Origin: Spirochaetales bacterium
GTDB lineage: Bacteria > Spirochaetota > Spirochaetia > SZUA-6 > RPPD01
Assembly (NCBI GenBank): GCA_016929065.1
Contig: JAFGJO010000042.1
Span: forward strand, 16,543 to 80,542
Length of the DNA stretch: 64,000 nucleotides
Reading direction: 5' to 3'
The notes beneath the pieces are model-generated. The model did not search any database and was not told the DNA's origin. It saw only the letters and a program-made list of their open reading frames with translations. Positions 31,462 to 41,736 of the stretch are shown one piece after another; the stretch's first letter is position 1, and each line of letters begins with the position of its first letter. Position numbers and translations under genes: made by a program.

Positions 31462-32554
31462 ACAGACAAAAAAACTGATTAAAAATCTGATTATGCTGCA
31501 AAATACCCATGATTTCAAAATTCAGCCTTTTTCTTTTTTCCTGCTCTGCCTTGTTTTGGTGGGAGGGTATTTTCTTCAGATGTATTTCCACCCATACACA
31601 CCATTTATTAATTTTCTATATATTTCTGCGGGTTCATTGGCGGGAATGATCATGTTTTCATTCAGCCCGACCTGGTGGTCTGGGTTAAAACTGATTGCCT
31701 CAGGCTGGATTGCTGTACTCATCCTGCTTGATATTACCTATATTCCGCTCCTGGGAACTATATCCCTCGGCATCCTTGTTTCTCCCTGTATCCAGCTGGA
31801 TCATCAGTGGGAAAAAGCGATTGTTTTACGATTCGGGAAATTCCGCAGAATCAAAGGTCCGGGTATTTTCTGGATTTTTCCGCTTGTTGAACGAATTGCC
31901 GAATTTGTTGACACCCGTATCCGCGCAACTGATTTTTCAGCAGAGACCACACTCACCCGCGACACAGTTCCTGTCAATGTTGATGCAATTGCATTCTGGA
32001 TGATCTGGGATCCCAAAAAAGCAATCCTGGAACTCGAGAATTTCATGGACGCGGTCATTCTCTCTGCACAGACCGCACTCCGTGACGCAATTGGAAAACA
32101 TGAACTGGCGAGTCTGCTATCGGAACGCGATCAGCTGGGAAAAGAAATCCAGAAAATCCTCGAGGGAAAAACAAACGCGTGGGGAATTACAATCCTTTCC
32201 ATTGAAATACGGGATGTCATTATTCCCAAGGGGCTCGAAGACGCCATGTCAAAACGGGCGCAGGCCGAGCGTGAGCGCCAGGCGCGGGTAATTCTTGGAA
32301 CCGCAGAAGTTGAAATCTCGGAAAAATTTGAAAAGGCGGCAGAACGGTATAAGGATAATCCTACCGCGCTTCATTTGAGGGCGATGAACATGATTTATGA
32401 GGGCCTTCGAAAAAACGGCTCAATTGTTCTGCTGCCCTCAAACGCACTTGAGTCCATGTCCCTGGGGACCATGATGGGAACGCATCAGGCTATGGAACAA
32501 ATAAAAAAAGTAACAGAACCGGAAAAAGGTACGAAGGAGGAAAACAATGGTTAA
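31448..32554 (+). CDS. SPFH/Band-7 (stomatin/HflC-like) membrane protein
   Basis: It has N-terminal TM helices and the SPFH core. The start is refined to the ATG at 31448, with an AAGGAG RBS. Confidence 0.8.
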   Translation: MKFSEQTKKLIKNLIMLQNTHDFKIQPFSFFLLCLVLVGGYFLQMYFHPYTPFINFLYISAGSLAGMIMFSFSPTWWSGLKLIASGWIAVLILLDITYIPLLGTISLGILVSPCIQLDHQWEKAIVLRFGKFRRIKGPGIFWIFPLVERIAEFVDTRIRATDFSAETTLTRDTVPVNVDAIAFWMIWDPKKAILELENFMDAVILSAQTALRDAIGKHELASLLSERDQLGKEIQKILEGKTNAWGITILSIEIRDVIIPKGLEDAMSKRAQAERERQARVILGTAEVEISEKFEKAAERYKDNPTALHLRAMNMIYEGLRKNGSIVLLPSNALESMSLGTMMGTHQAMEQIKKVTEPEKGTKEENNG

Positions 32555-33227
32555 TGTACAAAAAACAGTAAAAGATTATATCGCTGGAAAAGTTGTTGTC
32601 CATGCCCTTCGCGGGGTTGATCTGACTATCAATGGCGGTGAATTTATGTCGATCGCCGGCCCTTCGGGCTCAGGCAAGACCACTCTTTTAAACCTCATCG
32701 GTTGCTTGGACATCCCCACGAGCGGTGAAATATTCATTGATAATGAGCCAATCAGCAATAAATCCAAAACTGCACGGGCCCTGTTGCGCAGGAAAAAAAT
32801 CGGCTTTGTATTTCAATCCTTCAATCTTATTCCGGTACTCACCGCATTCGAGAATGTTGCCTTTTCCCTTTCTCTCCTAAGCCTTCCCCAGAAAGAAATA
32901 TACGACCGCACCATGAACATACTCGATGAAGTGGGCCTGGGCGGTCTTGAAAAACGCTTTCCAAAAGAGATGTCCGGCGGCCAGCAACAGCGCGTGGCGA
33001 TTGCACGGGCACTGGTCAAACAACCGGCACTGATACTCGCGGATGAACCAACAGCAAATCTTGATTCAAACACCGGTAAAGAGATTTTAAAGCTCATGGA
33101 AAAACTGAACAAATCCCACAAGTCCACTTTTGTTTTTTCAACTCATGATGCAATGGTTATGGATTTCGCGCATCGTCTGGTTATGCTCCATGACGGCCGG
33201 ATTGTCAATGGAAAAAAGTCTTCATAA
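32547..33227 (+). CDS. ABC transporter ATP-binding protein (MacB/LolD-like)
   Basis: It has Walker A (GPSGSGKTT), the ABC signature (LSGGQQQR) and Walker B motifs. Confidence 0.9.
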   Translation: MVNVQKTVKDYIAGKVVVHALRGVDLTINGGEFMSIAGPSGSGKTTLLNLIGCLDIPTSGEIFIDNEPISNKSKTARALLRRKKIGFVFQSFNLIPVLTAFENVAFSLSLLSLPQKEIYDRTMNILDEVGLGGLEKRFPKEMSGGQQQRVAIARALVKQPALILADEPTANLDSNTGKEILKLMEKLNKSHKSTFVFSTHDAMVMDFAHRLVMLHDGRIVNGKKSS

Positions 33228-33239
33228 AGGGGGATCACT

Positions 33240-34553
33240 ATGGGATTTATCCTTTCATTATCAATAAAAAATCTGATGCGGTATAAACGGCGGACCTTTA
33301 TTACGGCCATCGCTATTGCGGTGGGCATCGGAGCGTTTATTTTCATGGACGGCATGCTTCTGGGAATAGAGCTTGAATCAGAACGGAATCTTGTCAAATT
33401 CGAAACCGGCTCCGCCCGGATTATGAACAAGACCTACTGGGACGATCACGATTACCTCATTCCGAAATACAATATCCCGGACAGAAATACAGTGATGAAA
33501 GCAGTCACTGAAGCAGGGATTCCGGCAACACCCAGAATCACCGTATGGGGCAAGGTACGAAAATTGATCCCGACTAATTATGAAGAGTCCAATGATTATT
33601 ATCCGGCGACTGTAACCGGTATTGACCAGAAAACAGAAGGCGATGTCTTTCTCCTCAATGAATCAGTTATAATAAATTCAAAAACAGAAAAGGAGAATGG
33701 GCGGTATTTTAATGCTGTTGAAGAAGTTTCGTTAACCGGAAGTGTTGCTCTTGTTGGAAAAGATCTGGCAAAAAATCTTAAAGTCAGTGTCGGAGATGAA
33801 ATTCAGGTTCTTGAAACGAAAACCGCCGACGGACAAAATACAACGCTGAACGCAACAATTGTCGGATTACTCAATACGCCGGATCCGATTATCAATAAAC
33901 AGATGGTGTTTTTGCCTTTAGCATACATTGAACAAGCCTTGTTGATGAAAGGAGCAGCAACCGATATTGTCCTCCTTTATCCCGAATACACAGACATAAA
34001 TGATCAAGTCGCAAAAACAAAAAACGCGATAGCCGGAGTTCCGGGTTCAGAAAAACTGGTTACCAAAAGCTTTCTTGATATAGCCTCTACATATCTTTCA
34101 ATCAGCCGGGGGAAACGCGGAGGATCTGCCTTTCTCCTGATCGTCGTTTTTCTCATTGCCGTAATCGGTGTGTCAAATACTATGCTGATCGCAGTTTTTG
34201 AACGACGACGGGAAATTGCCATGATGCGGGCACTCGGCATGCGCGAAGGATCCATCCTTGTATCATTTATTTTGGAAGCAAGCGGTATTGGATTTATCGG
34301 TGGTATCGGTGGTTTGATCATCGGAATACTCGGCAATCTTTACATGGTTAATATCGGAATGGATTTCCGTGAAATGATGGATGAAATGGGAGACATAGGA
34401 TATAGAAGCCTGGGGATTTTCAAATCCGCCTGGAACTTCCAGACCATGATTACTGCCTTTATCTGCGGACTGATTTTTACCGGGATTATGGCCCTGCTGC
34501 CGGCGATCATGGCGTTGCGCAAGGACATCACCAAAAATCTGAATCCCAAATAG
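33240..34553 (+). CDS. ABC transporter permease, FtsX/MacB family
   Basis: It has an N-terminal TM helix, a large periplasmic domain and a C-terminal FtsX four-helix bundle. Confidence 0.85.
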   Translation: MGFILSLSIKNLMRYKRRTFITAIAIAVGIGAFIFMDGMLLGIELESERNLVKFETGSARIMNKTYWDDHDYLIPKYNIPDRNTVMKAVTEAGIPATPRITVWGKVRKLIPTNYEESNDYYPATVTGIDQKTEGDVFLLNESVIINSKTEKENGRYFNAVEEVSLTGSVALVGKDLAKNLKVSVGDEIQVLETKTADGQNTTLNATIVGLLNTPDPIINKQMVFLPLAYIEQALLMKGAATDIVLLYPEYTDINDQVAKTKNAIAGVPGSEKLVTKSFLDIASTYLSISRGKRGGSAFLLIVVFLIAVIGVSNTMLIAVFERRREIAMMRALGMREGSILVSFILEASGIGFIGGIGGLIIGILGNLYMVNIGMDFREMMDEMGDIGYRSLGIFKSAWNFQTMITAFICGLIFTGIMALLPAIMALRKDITKNLNPK

Positions 34554-34563
34554 GAGGAAAGCA

Positions 34564-35853
34564 ATGAAACTTTCAGTTATAGCATTCCGGAATATTCGGA
34601 GAAACAAAGTGCGTACTGCGCTGACATTAATCGCGATTGCATTTGTTACGATGCTGATTGTCGTACTCTTTTCTTTTATTCAGGGAATGAAGGCGGATGT
34701 CATGCATACAATGGTTAATTTTACAAACGGCCATATCCGCATACAGCAAAAGGATTATGAAGAGAAAGCTGTGCTGTATCCCCTCGACATGCTAGTAGAT
34801 AATTATCACAAACTCTGTACCGCGCTTGAAAAGATAGATGGTGTTGAAACAGCGACACCGCGCATTCAGTTTGGATTGGAAATCGGAATTAATCCGAAAA
34901 AAAGACCCGGAATCGCGGATGAATATTCAGACCGTATCAGGGGAATAGGATACGGCGTTGATTTCAAACGCGAAAAATATCTGAGCAATCTCGGACTTTA
35001 TCTTCAGGAAGGATCTGATAACCGACTTCCTGAGGGAGACGGGGTTGTGCTCGGCAGCGAACTCGCCCAGCAATTGGGAGTAAAAGCCAATGATACCATC
35101 GTTGTTTTTCATCCAACTCGAGAAAACCTGACACAAATACCGATGCGTATCAAAGTAACCGGTGTCATGAACCTGCCGATCGCCCAGCTCAATGCAAGGG
35201 CGATTTATTTTCCGGTAGAACTGGCTGCATCAAAACTGGGTATTGAGGGCAGCACAACACAGATTCTTTTGGCGATCAAAGATGGCCGGGATCCTGCCCA
35301 AATGATCAAAAAAATAAATACCGAACTACCGAAGACATTTGATAAGAATTATCTGGATAAACTTCAGATTCAGCCCTGGACAGAGATAGGGTTTATGGTT
35401 GAATGGATTGCGATCGCAGAAAACTCGTATAACTTTATCGCTGTATTCTTTTTTCTGATGGCTGGAACTGTTATTGCGGTGACAACAATGATGGTCATTT
35501 TTGAACGAATGAAAGAAATCGGCACAATGGCTGCCATGGGAATGACCGGCTCACAGATGGTGGGACTTTTTTTCCTTGAGGCCTTTTTTATGAGTCTGGT
35601 TGCCTCGATCATCGGTGTCATATTGGGAATTGTACTCGTTATTCCGCTGACACAATCAGGAATAAATTTCAATGCCTTCATGAATTTTGAAGATTCGGGA
35701 TTTATTATCTCCAACTACATTTACCCGCAGCTGAATGTCAATTCAACGATCTTTGTCTTTTTCTTCTCCATATTTATCGCCTCGGGAATATCCGCGATTT
35801 TTGCCCGGCGCGCCGGAAAAATCGAACCGATAGAAGCGTTAAATTCGCTGTAA
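34564..35853 (+). CDS. ABC transporter permease, FtsX/MacB family (second copy)
   Basis: Same architecture as the preceding gene, giving a LolC/LolE-like pair. Confidence 0.85.
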   Translation: MKLSVIAFRNIRRNKVRTALTLIAIAFVTMLIVVLFSFIQGMKADVMHTMVNFTNGHIRIQQKDYEEKAVLYPLDMLVDNYHKLCTALEKIDGVETATPRIQFGLEIGINPKKRPGIADEYSDRIRGIGYGVDFKREKYLSNLGLYLQEGSDNRLPEGDGVVLGSELAQQLGVKANDTIVVFHPTRENLTQIPMRIKVTGVMNLPIAQLNARAIYFPVELAASKLGIEGSTTQILLAIKDGRDPAQMIKKINTELPKTFDKNYLDKLQIQPWTEIGFMVEWIAIAENSYNFIAVFFFLMAGTVIAVTTMMVIFERMKEIGTMAAMGMTGSQMVGLFFLEAFFMSLVASIIGVILGIVLVIPLTQSGINFNAFMNFEDSGFIISNYIYPQLNVNSTIFVFFFSIFIASGISAIFARRAGKIEPIEALNSL

Positions 35854-35893
35854 TCATTTTGTTACTTGAAGGATTTTATTTTTGGAGGATGTT

Positions 35894-36637
35894 ATGAAAA
35901 GAATTATAATATTATTGATAATTTTTCTGATGGCCGGTACAGTCCCGGTTGTTGCGCAGTTGACCGCAGAGCAGGTTGTACAAAAAATGGAAGCCAACCA
36001 GGTGCATGAGACATCAAAAAGTACCGGCAGCATGATTATCACAAACCAGTTCGGGACACGGACCAAAACCTTTACTACTATCGCAGAGGGTGAAGATAAA
36101 ATGCTTCTGGAATTCACCAATAAAACAGAGAACGGACAGAAAATCCTGCGTGTAAAGGATGAAATATACCTGTATTATCCTGAGGAGGAAGTCATCCTGC
36201 GGCTTCAGGGTGGGGCATTGAAGGAATCAATATTTGGTTCAAATTTTTCTTATGAAGACCTGACCGGAGAAAAAGGCATTTTATCTTCCTATTCTGCGAC
36301 ATTCTCAACACAGGGGACTGTCATAATAGACGGAATAGCATGCTATCATATCAGTCTATCCGGAAAAAAAAGTGTTTCATACCCTTATCAGGAAATATGG
36401 GTTGAAGCAAACCGGTTTGTTCTGAAAAAAGCTTCATACTATTCATTAACCAAAGTAAAACTGAAAGAGCTCACTGTTCTGGGAGTAACCCAGCTTGCCG
36501 GAAAATATATTCCATCACATTTTCTTATGATAGATGTAAACAGGAAAGACTCAAAAACAGAGTTCAAACTTGAAAATATGCAGGTGAATGTAAAACTTCC
36601 CGCAAATCAGTTTTCACTTGAAAGGCTGTCGTTTTGA
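35894..36637 (+). CDS. LolA-like outer-membrane lipoprotein-sorting protein family
   Basis: It has a signal peptide, is ~250 aa with a beta-rich fold typical of LolA-like proteins, and sits in the expected position after the FtsX pair. Confidence 0.55.
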   Translation: MKRIIILLIIFLMAGTVPVVAQLTAEQVVQKMEANQVHETSKSTGSMIITNQFGTRTKTFTTIAEGEDKMLLEFTNKTENGQKILRVKDEIYLYYPEEEVILRLQGGALKESIFGSNFSYEDLTGEKGILSSYSATFSTQGTVIIDGIACYHISLSGKKSVSYPYQEIWVEANRFVLKKASYYSLTKVKLKELTVLGVTQLAGKYIPSHFLMIDVNRKDSKTEFKLENMQVNVKLPANQFSLERLSF

Positions 36638-37740
36638 AGAAGACACTGTGTGCTTTTTTTATTCTGATTATGTCTCCTGTCGTTCTCCTTGCAGATCTGC
36701 AGACAAGCGTTGATCTTACCCTGCTCGTCTCGTTTCTGCGGGATGCCGCGGGAAATCCTGCCATGACATTTCTGGCACAGGGTGATGTCGGCTTCAAAGC
36801 AGTTATGGTCCCCGATGTGAAAGCTGAAGTGGTCTTTACTGCAGCGTTCATGGATACACTCGTCACACCGCCCGAGGACATACTCAAAAAAGCATATATC
36901 AAAACGAAATTCGAAAGTCTGCGCCTCACCGCCGGAAAAACCCGTGTCAGCTGGGGCGACGGATTTGTTTTTAATGCCGGTGATGTAATTTTCGGGAGCA
37001 TGACCCCGGTTGCTGACCTCTCGGCATCCCTCCTCCGTGATTCAACCGACTGGATGATCGACCTTTATTACCCTCTTGGCGATTTTTCATTTATCGAAAC
37101 GATTCTTCTGCCCTATTCACCCCTCAGAACTCCCGGAGACCTGCTTGTCTCGGCATATGAACTGCGGTACGGCGGCCGAATCGTGACAAAGGTTTTTGAT
37201 ATGAAACTTGAAACCGGATATCTGTTCCGCAATGATACTGCTGCACACATTCCGTACATTGGTGTTCAGGGAAACCTGTTTTTCGATGTTTTTCTCAACG
37301 CCTCGATGGATATCCCTGCGATAAATCCTTCACAGGCTGATATTCAAAACGGCCTTGCTGTCGCTGCGGGGCTGTTCCGCATGTTCTCGTTTGAAGACGG
37401 ATCGAGTCTTGTTATCAGGTGCGAAGCAGCAAGTTATCCGTTTGGCATCTGGAATGAAACCGATGCAGCAGGTGATCCCCTGACTGACAGGTTTGGACTG
37501 CTTTTGTATCCTGAAATTGCGTATGCCCCAATGGATATATTGTCGTTTCAGCTCCGCGGCATGATCAATCCCATCGACAGCTCCGGGATGGTGATGGTTG
37601 GAACCACATTCAGTATTTACCAGGGATTTGATATTCTGGCCTATACATGGGTAATGTACGGGGATACAGATGATTCGTTCTTTGGCTGGGACCGCCAGGG
37701 GGATATCGGAATCGCTGTTGGAATTCAGTATATTTACTAA
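36634..37740 (+). CDS. Secreted beta-rich protein, putative outer-membrane beta-barrel
   Basis: It has a signal peptide, alternating hydrophobic strands and a C-terminal aromatic residue (…GIQYIY). Confidence 0.5.
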   Translation: MKKTLCAFFILIMSPVVLLADLQTSVDLTLLVSFLRDAAGNPAMTFLAQGDVGFKAVMVPDVKAEVVFTAAFMDTLVTPPEDILKKAYIKTKFESLRLTAGKTRVSWGDGFVFNAGDVIFGSMTPVADLSASLLRDSTDWMIDLYYPLGDFSFIETILLPYSPLRTPGDLLVSAYELRYGGRIVTKVFDMKLETGYLFRNDTAAHIPYIGVQGNLFFDVFLNASMDIPAINPSQADIQNGLAVAAGLFRMFSFEDGSSLVIRCEAASYPFGIWNETDAAGDPLTDRFGLLLYPEIAYAPMDILSFQLRGMINPIDSSGMVMVGTTFSIYQGFDILAYTWVMYGDTDDSFFGWDRQGDIGIAVGIQYIY

Positions 37741-38294
37741 TGAACATGTTTTATTCCGCCACCTGTCAATCCCCTGTCGGAACACTTTTTATTGTTGTTG
37801 ACGGGGACGGAGGACTGCAAAATCTTTCTTTTTCATCAAAAAAAGCCGGGATTGCTTCCTCTGTCCCCGCGACAACCGAGTGCGACCACATAAAAACCGG
37901 GCTTGCTGCCTATTTTTCCGGAAAAACTGCGAAATTCGGCATAAACCTCCGTCCCCGCGGCACTGAATTTCAGAAACTGATATGGAAAACACTATCCTCC
38001 GTCCCCGCAGGAACGACCATTTCCTACAAAGAACTTGCAGCCAGGGCAGGCAAACCGCAAGCGATCCGGGCAACAGCAAACGCAGTAGCAGCAAATCCAA
38101 TAGCCATTTTCATTCCCTGCCACCGGGTCCTTGCATCTGACGGGACTCTTGGCGGTTACAGCGCCGGGAAGGGGGACGGAGGTCCAAAAAACAGGGAAAA
38201 TTTGAAAATAAAAAGCTATTTACTTGATTTGGAAAAGCAGATAGAAAAAAGCCGAAAATCAGACCAAAAAAATAAGAATGTCAGTTCACATTAG
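37740..38294 (+). CDS. ogt: Methylated-DNA--protein-cysteine methyltransferase
   Basis: It has the PCHRV active-site motif. Confidence 0.85.
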   Translation: MNMFYSATCQSPVGTLFIVVDGDGGLQNLSFSSKKAGIASSVPATTECDHIKTGLAAYFSGKTAKFGINLRPRGTEFQKLIWKTLSSVPAGTTISYKELAARAGKPQAIRATANAVAANPIAIFIPCHRVLASDGTLGGYSAGKGDGGPKNRENLKIKSYLLDLEKQIEKSRKSDQKNKNVSSH

Positions 38295-38378
38295 CGGATT
38301 ATTATATTTTAATCACAATTATACACCATACTGCCTTTCGGAAGGGTAGCTACTGGTGCACGGCGTTTTAAAATCTAT

Positions 38379-39176
38379 TTATACAACTCCCTGTATCCCC
38401 GCATTCAACAATAGTTCCCTGAACTTTTTGGCGTTCGAGACTGCCTGGGCCCGTGCATGGTTGTTAAAGGTAATATACAACACCCGTGCCTTTTGAACGA
38501 TCACCCGAACCCGTTCAATCCATCCAGCCAGTTCATCCTCATTATAAAGATAATCATAGCGGCTGACATTTGTCCCGCTCCACCAGTTTTCCTTGTTTCT
38601 TCCATGAAAGCGTATATAAGCGATATCTGCGGTAACTGTTTCAGAGGGACGGAGGAGCTTTGGCAGTTGCGGCTCATCAACATTCACAAATGCAATATTT
38701 CTTTTTTCAAGCTCTGCAACCATGGAATCCTGCATCCATTCGGATGCACGGAACTCAAGCGCAAGCGGAATGTCCTTTAGCGAATCGCATAATCCGGCTA
38801 AGTACCTTCGGTTATCGGGTGTATAATGAAAACTGTAGGGGAACTGCGCGAGTACACACGAAAGCCTTTTCTGCTCAATCAGCGGTGATATTCCTGAACA
38901 GAAATCAGAGAATATTTTTTGTTCATACACATTTGTATCGTGGGTCATGCTTTGATGTGCTTTGATTGCAAACCGAAAATGCTTTGGTGTTTTTTCCACA
39001 AGCCGCTCCAACAGATGTGCCTCAGGCATTTTATAATAGGAAAAATTGAGTTCAACAAATGGAAAATTATTTGTATAAAACTGCAGAAAATCAGCATCAG
39101 CCATATCCTCAGGGTAAAAAGGCCCCTTCCAGTCCTTGTAGGAGTACCCGCTTGTCCCGATATAAATTTCTGCCAT
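38379..39176 (-). CDS. DUF72 family protein (YecE-like)
   Basis: It has the GTSGYSYKDW motif characteristic of DUF72. Confidence 0.8.
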   Translation of the reverse strand: MAEIYIGTSGYSYKDWKGPFYPEDMADADFLQFYTNNFPFVELNFSYYKMPEAHLLERLVEKTPKHFRFAIKAHQSMTHDTNVYEQKIFSDFCSGISPLIEQKRLSCVLAQFPYSFHYTPDNRRYLAGLCDSLKDIPLALEFRASEWMQDSMVAELEKRNIAFVNVDEPQLPKLLRPSETVTADIAYIRFHGRNKENWWSGTNVSRYDYLYNEDELAGWIERVRVIVQKARVLYITFNNHARAQAVSNAKKFRELLLNAGIQGVV

Positions 39177-39311
39177 AAAGGCATTGTACAGCAGAATACT
39201 AATTCGTCAATCTGTTTTCATTTTTTAAAACTATGAAATACCATGAACTCCGGCTTGTTTTTTGGACAAATTGGATATACACTATACTGTAGACTATACA
39301 AGGAGGTTTGT

Positions 39312-40343
39312 ATGCGTTTACGAATATTGTTCATTTCATTTTGCTTATTTTTGATATTGGGAGTCTCAGCCTTTGGACAATTCGCAACTGATGTTGCTGC
39401 CATCGAAGATGCTTTTCAGACATTCACCAATGACTTTGCAACGACCCTGCCGGCATTGAGTACCGTCGGATTGAACTGGTCAGATGCCTACATCGGCGGA
39501 TTTCCCCATTTTGGAGCAGGAGCAACCCTTGGGGTGGCAATGATTCCCTATACCTCAATGACGGATGCCGCTGCAATTTTTGGGGTAAGTTTGGATGAAT
39601 TAATACCCCCGGAACTCCGGGGATACGGGTTACCACTCCCAATGTGGTGTGTTGACGGCCGTCTTGGCGGTTTTGTCCTTCCCTTTGATGTGGGATTCAA
39701 GATTGGATTCCTTCCACCGGACGTCGATCTCCCGGCCAATTTGACATTTGATTTTATGCTTGTCGGAGCGGATTTCAGGTACGGAATTCTGGAAGACCTC
39801 GGCCCGATACCCGACCTTTCTGTGGGAATCGGAATTAACTGGCTGAGCGGTGCGATAGGCTTTAAAGATGCAATCCCTGACGGCACAATTGATATTACCG
39901 ATTATGGTGCAAATGCACAGTTGGTTTTGGATGCGGGTGACTTTAATTACAACTGGCAGGCTTTGACCGTTGACCTGAAAGCTCAGGTGAGTAAAAATCT
40001 GGTATTTATCACGCTCTCTGCAGGTTTCGGAGCGACCTACAGCCTGTATGCCGAAGCAGGCGGGGGAATTGAAGCGGCAGTCCTGATTGATGAGGATTCA
40101 ACAGACGGAAATCCCCCAGTAGCGTTAACCCCCGCACAGATAGCGCAGATTCAGTCATACTACTCCGGCCTTGACCTTTCAGGTGCACAATTTATTATTA
40201 CCGGTTCAGCAAACGGCTGGTCATTCCGGGCATTCGGCGGACTGCAGTTCGACCTTCTTATTTTCAAAATTGACCTTAACCTGAACTATAACTTTATTTC
40301 CAGTTCATGGGGCGGAACACTGAACCTTCGCGCACAGTTATAG
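39312..40343 (+). CDS. Secreted hypothetical protein (beta-rich, possibly outer membrane)
   Basis: An AAGGAGG RBS precedes the ATG at 39312 and a signal peptide is present. Confidence 0.5.
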   Translation: MRLRILFISFCLFLILGVSAFGQFATDVAAIEDAFQTFTNDFATTLPALSTVGLNWSDAYIGGFPHFGAGATLGVAMIPYTSMTDAAAIFGVSLDELIPPELRGYGLPLPMWCVDGRLGGFVLPFDVGFKIGFLPPDVDLPANLTFDFMLVGADFRYGILEDLGPIPDLSVGIGINWLSGAIGFKDAIPDGTIDITDYGANAQLVLDAGDFNYNWQALTVDLKAQVSKNLVFITLSAGFGATYSLYAEAGGGIEAAVLIDEDSTDGNPPVALTPAQIAQIQSYYSGLDLSGAQFIITGSANGWSFRAFGGLQFDLLIFKIDLNLNYNFISSSWGGTLNLRAQL

Positions 40344-40362
40344 TTATCATTATATTTTTTGG

Positions 40363-40388
40363 GCCGGCAGCGATGCCGGCTTTTTTTC
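40363..40388 (+). terminator. Rho-independent terminator
   Basis: A gccggca(gcga)tgccggc stem is followed by T8. Confidence 0.75.
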
Positions 40389-40620
40389 AAGAGTTCGACT
40401 CCCGTAAAGAATGATTCGTTTCCCTATTAATCGTACTAACACGATCACTTTACAATTTCAACAGAAATCGATACAGTAACAAAACAGTGAACTATTTTTA
40501 GTGCTGGGGGCGCGGCAGCCGGGCATGGGAGCCTTTGGTTTTCAAATTCGGTTGTCTGGGGTATGCAAATGTCCAGTAATTTTTAACAGATACATTTGCA
40601 GACATCCACGGCTTTTTTTT

Positions 40621-40697
40621 CAAGAATGCCGGCTGAGAAAGGCGAGTGCCTGACCCTTGGAACCTGATGCAGGTAATACTGACGAAGGGAAGCATGT
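40621..40697 (+). ncRNA. TPP (THI-box) riboswitch
   Basis: It contains the conserved CTGAGA, ACCCTTGGAACCTGAT, GGTAATAC and CGAAGGGA elements, and lies directly upstream of thiS. Confidence 0.8.
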
Positions 40698-40712
40698 TGT
40701 GAAAACCATACA

Positions 40713-40742
40713 GCTTGCCTCACCGGGCAGGCTTTTTTTTTG
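40713..40742 (+). terminator. Riboswitch expression-platform terminator
   Basis: A 7 bp stem (gcttgcc/ggcaggc, with one G-U pair) is followed by T10 and ends 11 nt before the thiS ATG. Confidence 0.6.
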
Positions 40743-40752
40743 GGGATATACC

Positions 40753-40953
40753 ATGACGATTGTTTTAAACGGAAAAACGGAAGAACTCGGCGAAGACAGA
40801 ACACTGATGGATGTCCTGTCTTTAAAACATCTTGCCGAACACCGCGTTGTGGTTGAATATAACGGGAAAATTATTCCAAAAAACACTTTTTCATGCATCA
40901 CACTTAAAAACAATGATGTACTGGAAATCCTTCATTTTGTCGGAGGCGGCTGA
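40753..40953 (+). CDS. thiS: Sulfur-carrier protein ThiS
   Basis: It is 66 aa and ends in the C-terminal Gly-Gly. Confidence 0.8.
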   Translation: MTIVLNGKTEELGEDRTLMDVLSLKHLAEHRVVVEYNGKIIPKNTFSCITLKNNDVLEILHFVGGG

Positions 40954-41736
40954 TTGAACACACATGATTATCTTGAGATTGGCGGACGAAAACTCATTAG
41001 CAGACTGTTTACCGGATCGGGCAAGTATTCTATTGACAGCATCATTCCCCAGATTGTCGAGGCGAGCGGCTGCGAGGTCGTCACCGTTGCGTTGCGCCGG
41101 GTAGATTTTGACCGTGCCGGCAGCAACATCCTCTCCCATATCCCCGGGAGCGTGCAGCTTTTACCAAACACCTCCGGTGCGCGCAATGCAGATGAGGCGG
41201 TCAGAATTGCCAGAATCGCACGCGCAGCCGGCTGCGGCAACTGGATAAAAATCGAGGTGATCTCGGACAATAAATACCTGCTTCCTGACGGTTACGAAAC
41301 AGCAAAGACCACGGAAATACTGGCAGATGAAGGGTTTGTGGTGCTGCCGTACATAAGCCCTGACCTGATGGTGGCAAAATCTCTCGTTGATGCCGGTGCT
41401 TCTGCGGTGATGCCGCTGGGCGCACCCATCGGAACCAACAAGGGTTTAAAGACCAAAGAACTCATTAAAATCCTGATTAATGAAATATCACTCCCGGTTA
41501 TTGTGGATGCCGGAATCGGCGCACCAAGTCACGCCTGTGAAGCGATGGAGATGGGTGCGGCTGCCTGTTTGCTGAACACAGCGATTGCATCGTCAGATGA
41601 TCCGGTCGCAATGGCCCGCGCCTTTAAACTCGCTATCCAGGCAGGACGCGCTGCGTTCTGTGCCGGAACAGGCGCTCAGCGGGAGTATGCCGCGGCATCA
41701 TCACCCCTCACCGGATTTCTTTTCCCCAATGAATAA
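40954..41736 (+). CDS. thiG: Thiazole synthase ThiG
   Basis: It has the LFTGSGKY family signature and a TIM-barrel pattern. Confidence 0.9.
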   Translation: MNTHDYLEIGGRKLISRLFTGSGKYSIDSIIPQIVEASGCEVVTVALRRVDFDRAGSNILSHIPGSVQLLPNTSGARNADEAVRIARIARAAGCGNWIKIEVISDNKYLLPDGYETAKTTEILADEGFVVLPYISPDLMVAKSLVDAGASAVMPLGAPIGTNKGLKTKELIKILINEISLPVIVDAGIGAPSHACEAMEMGAAACLLNTAIASSDDPVAMARAFKLAIQAGRAAFCAGTGAQREYAAASSPLTGFLFPNE

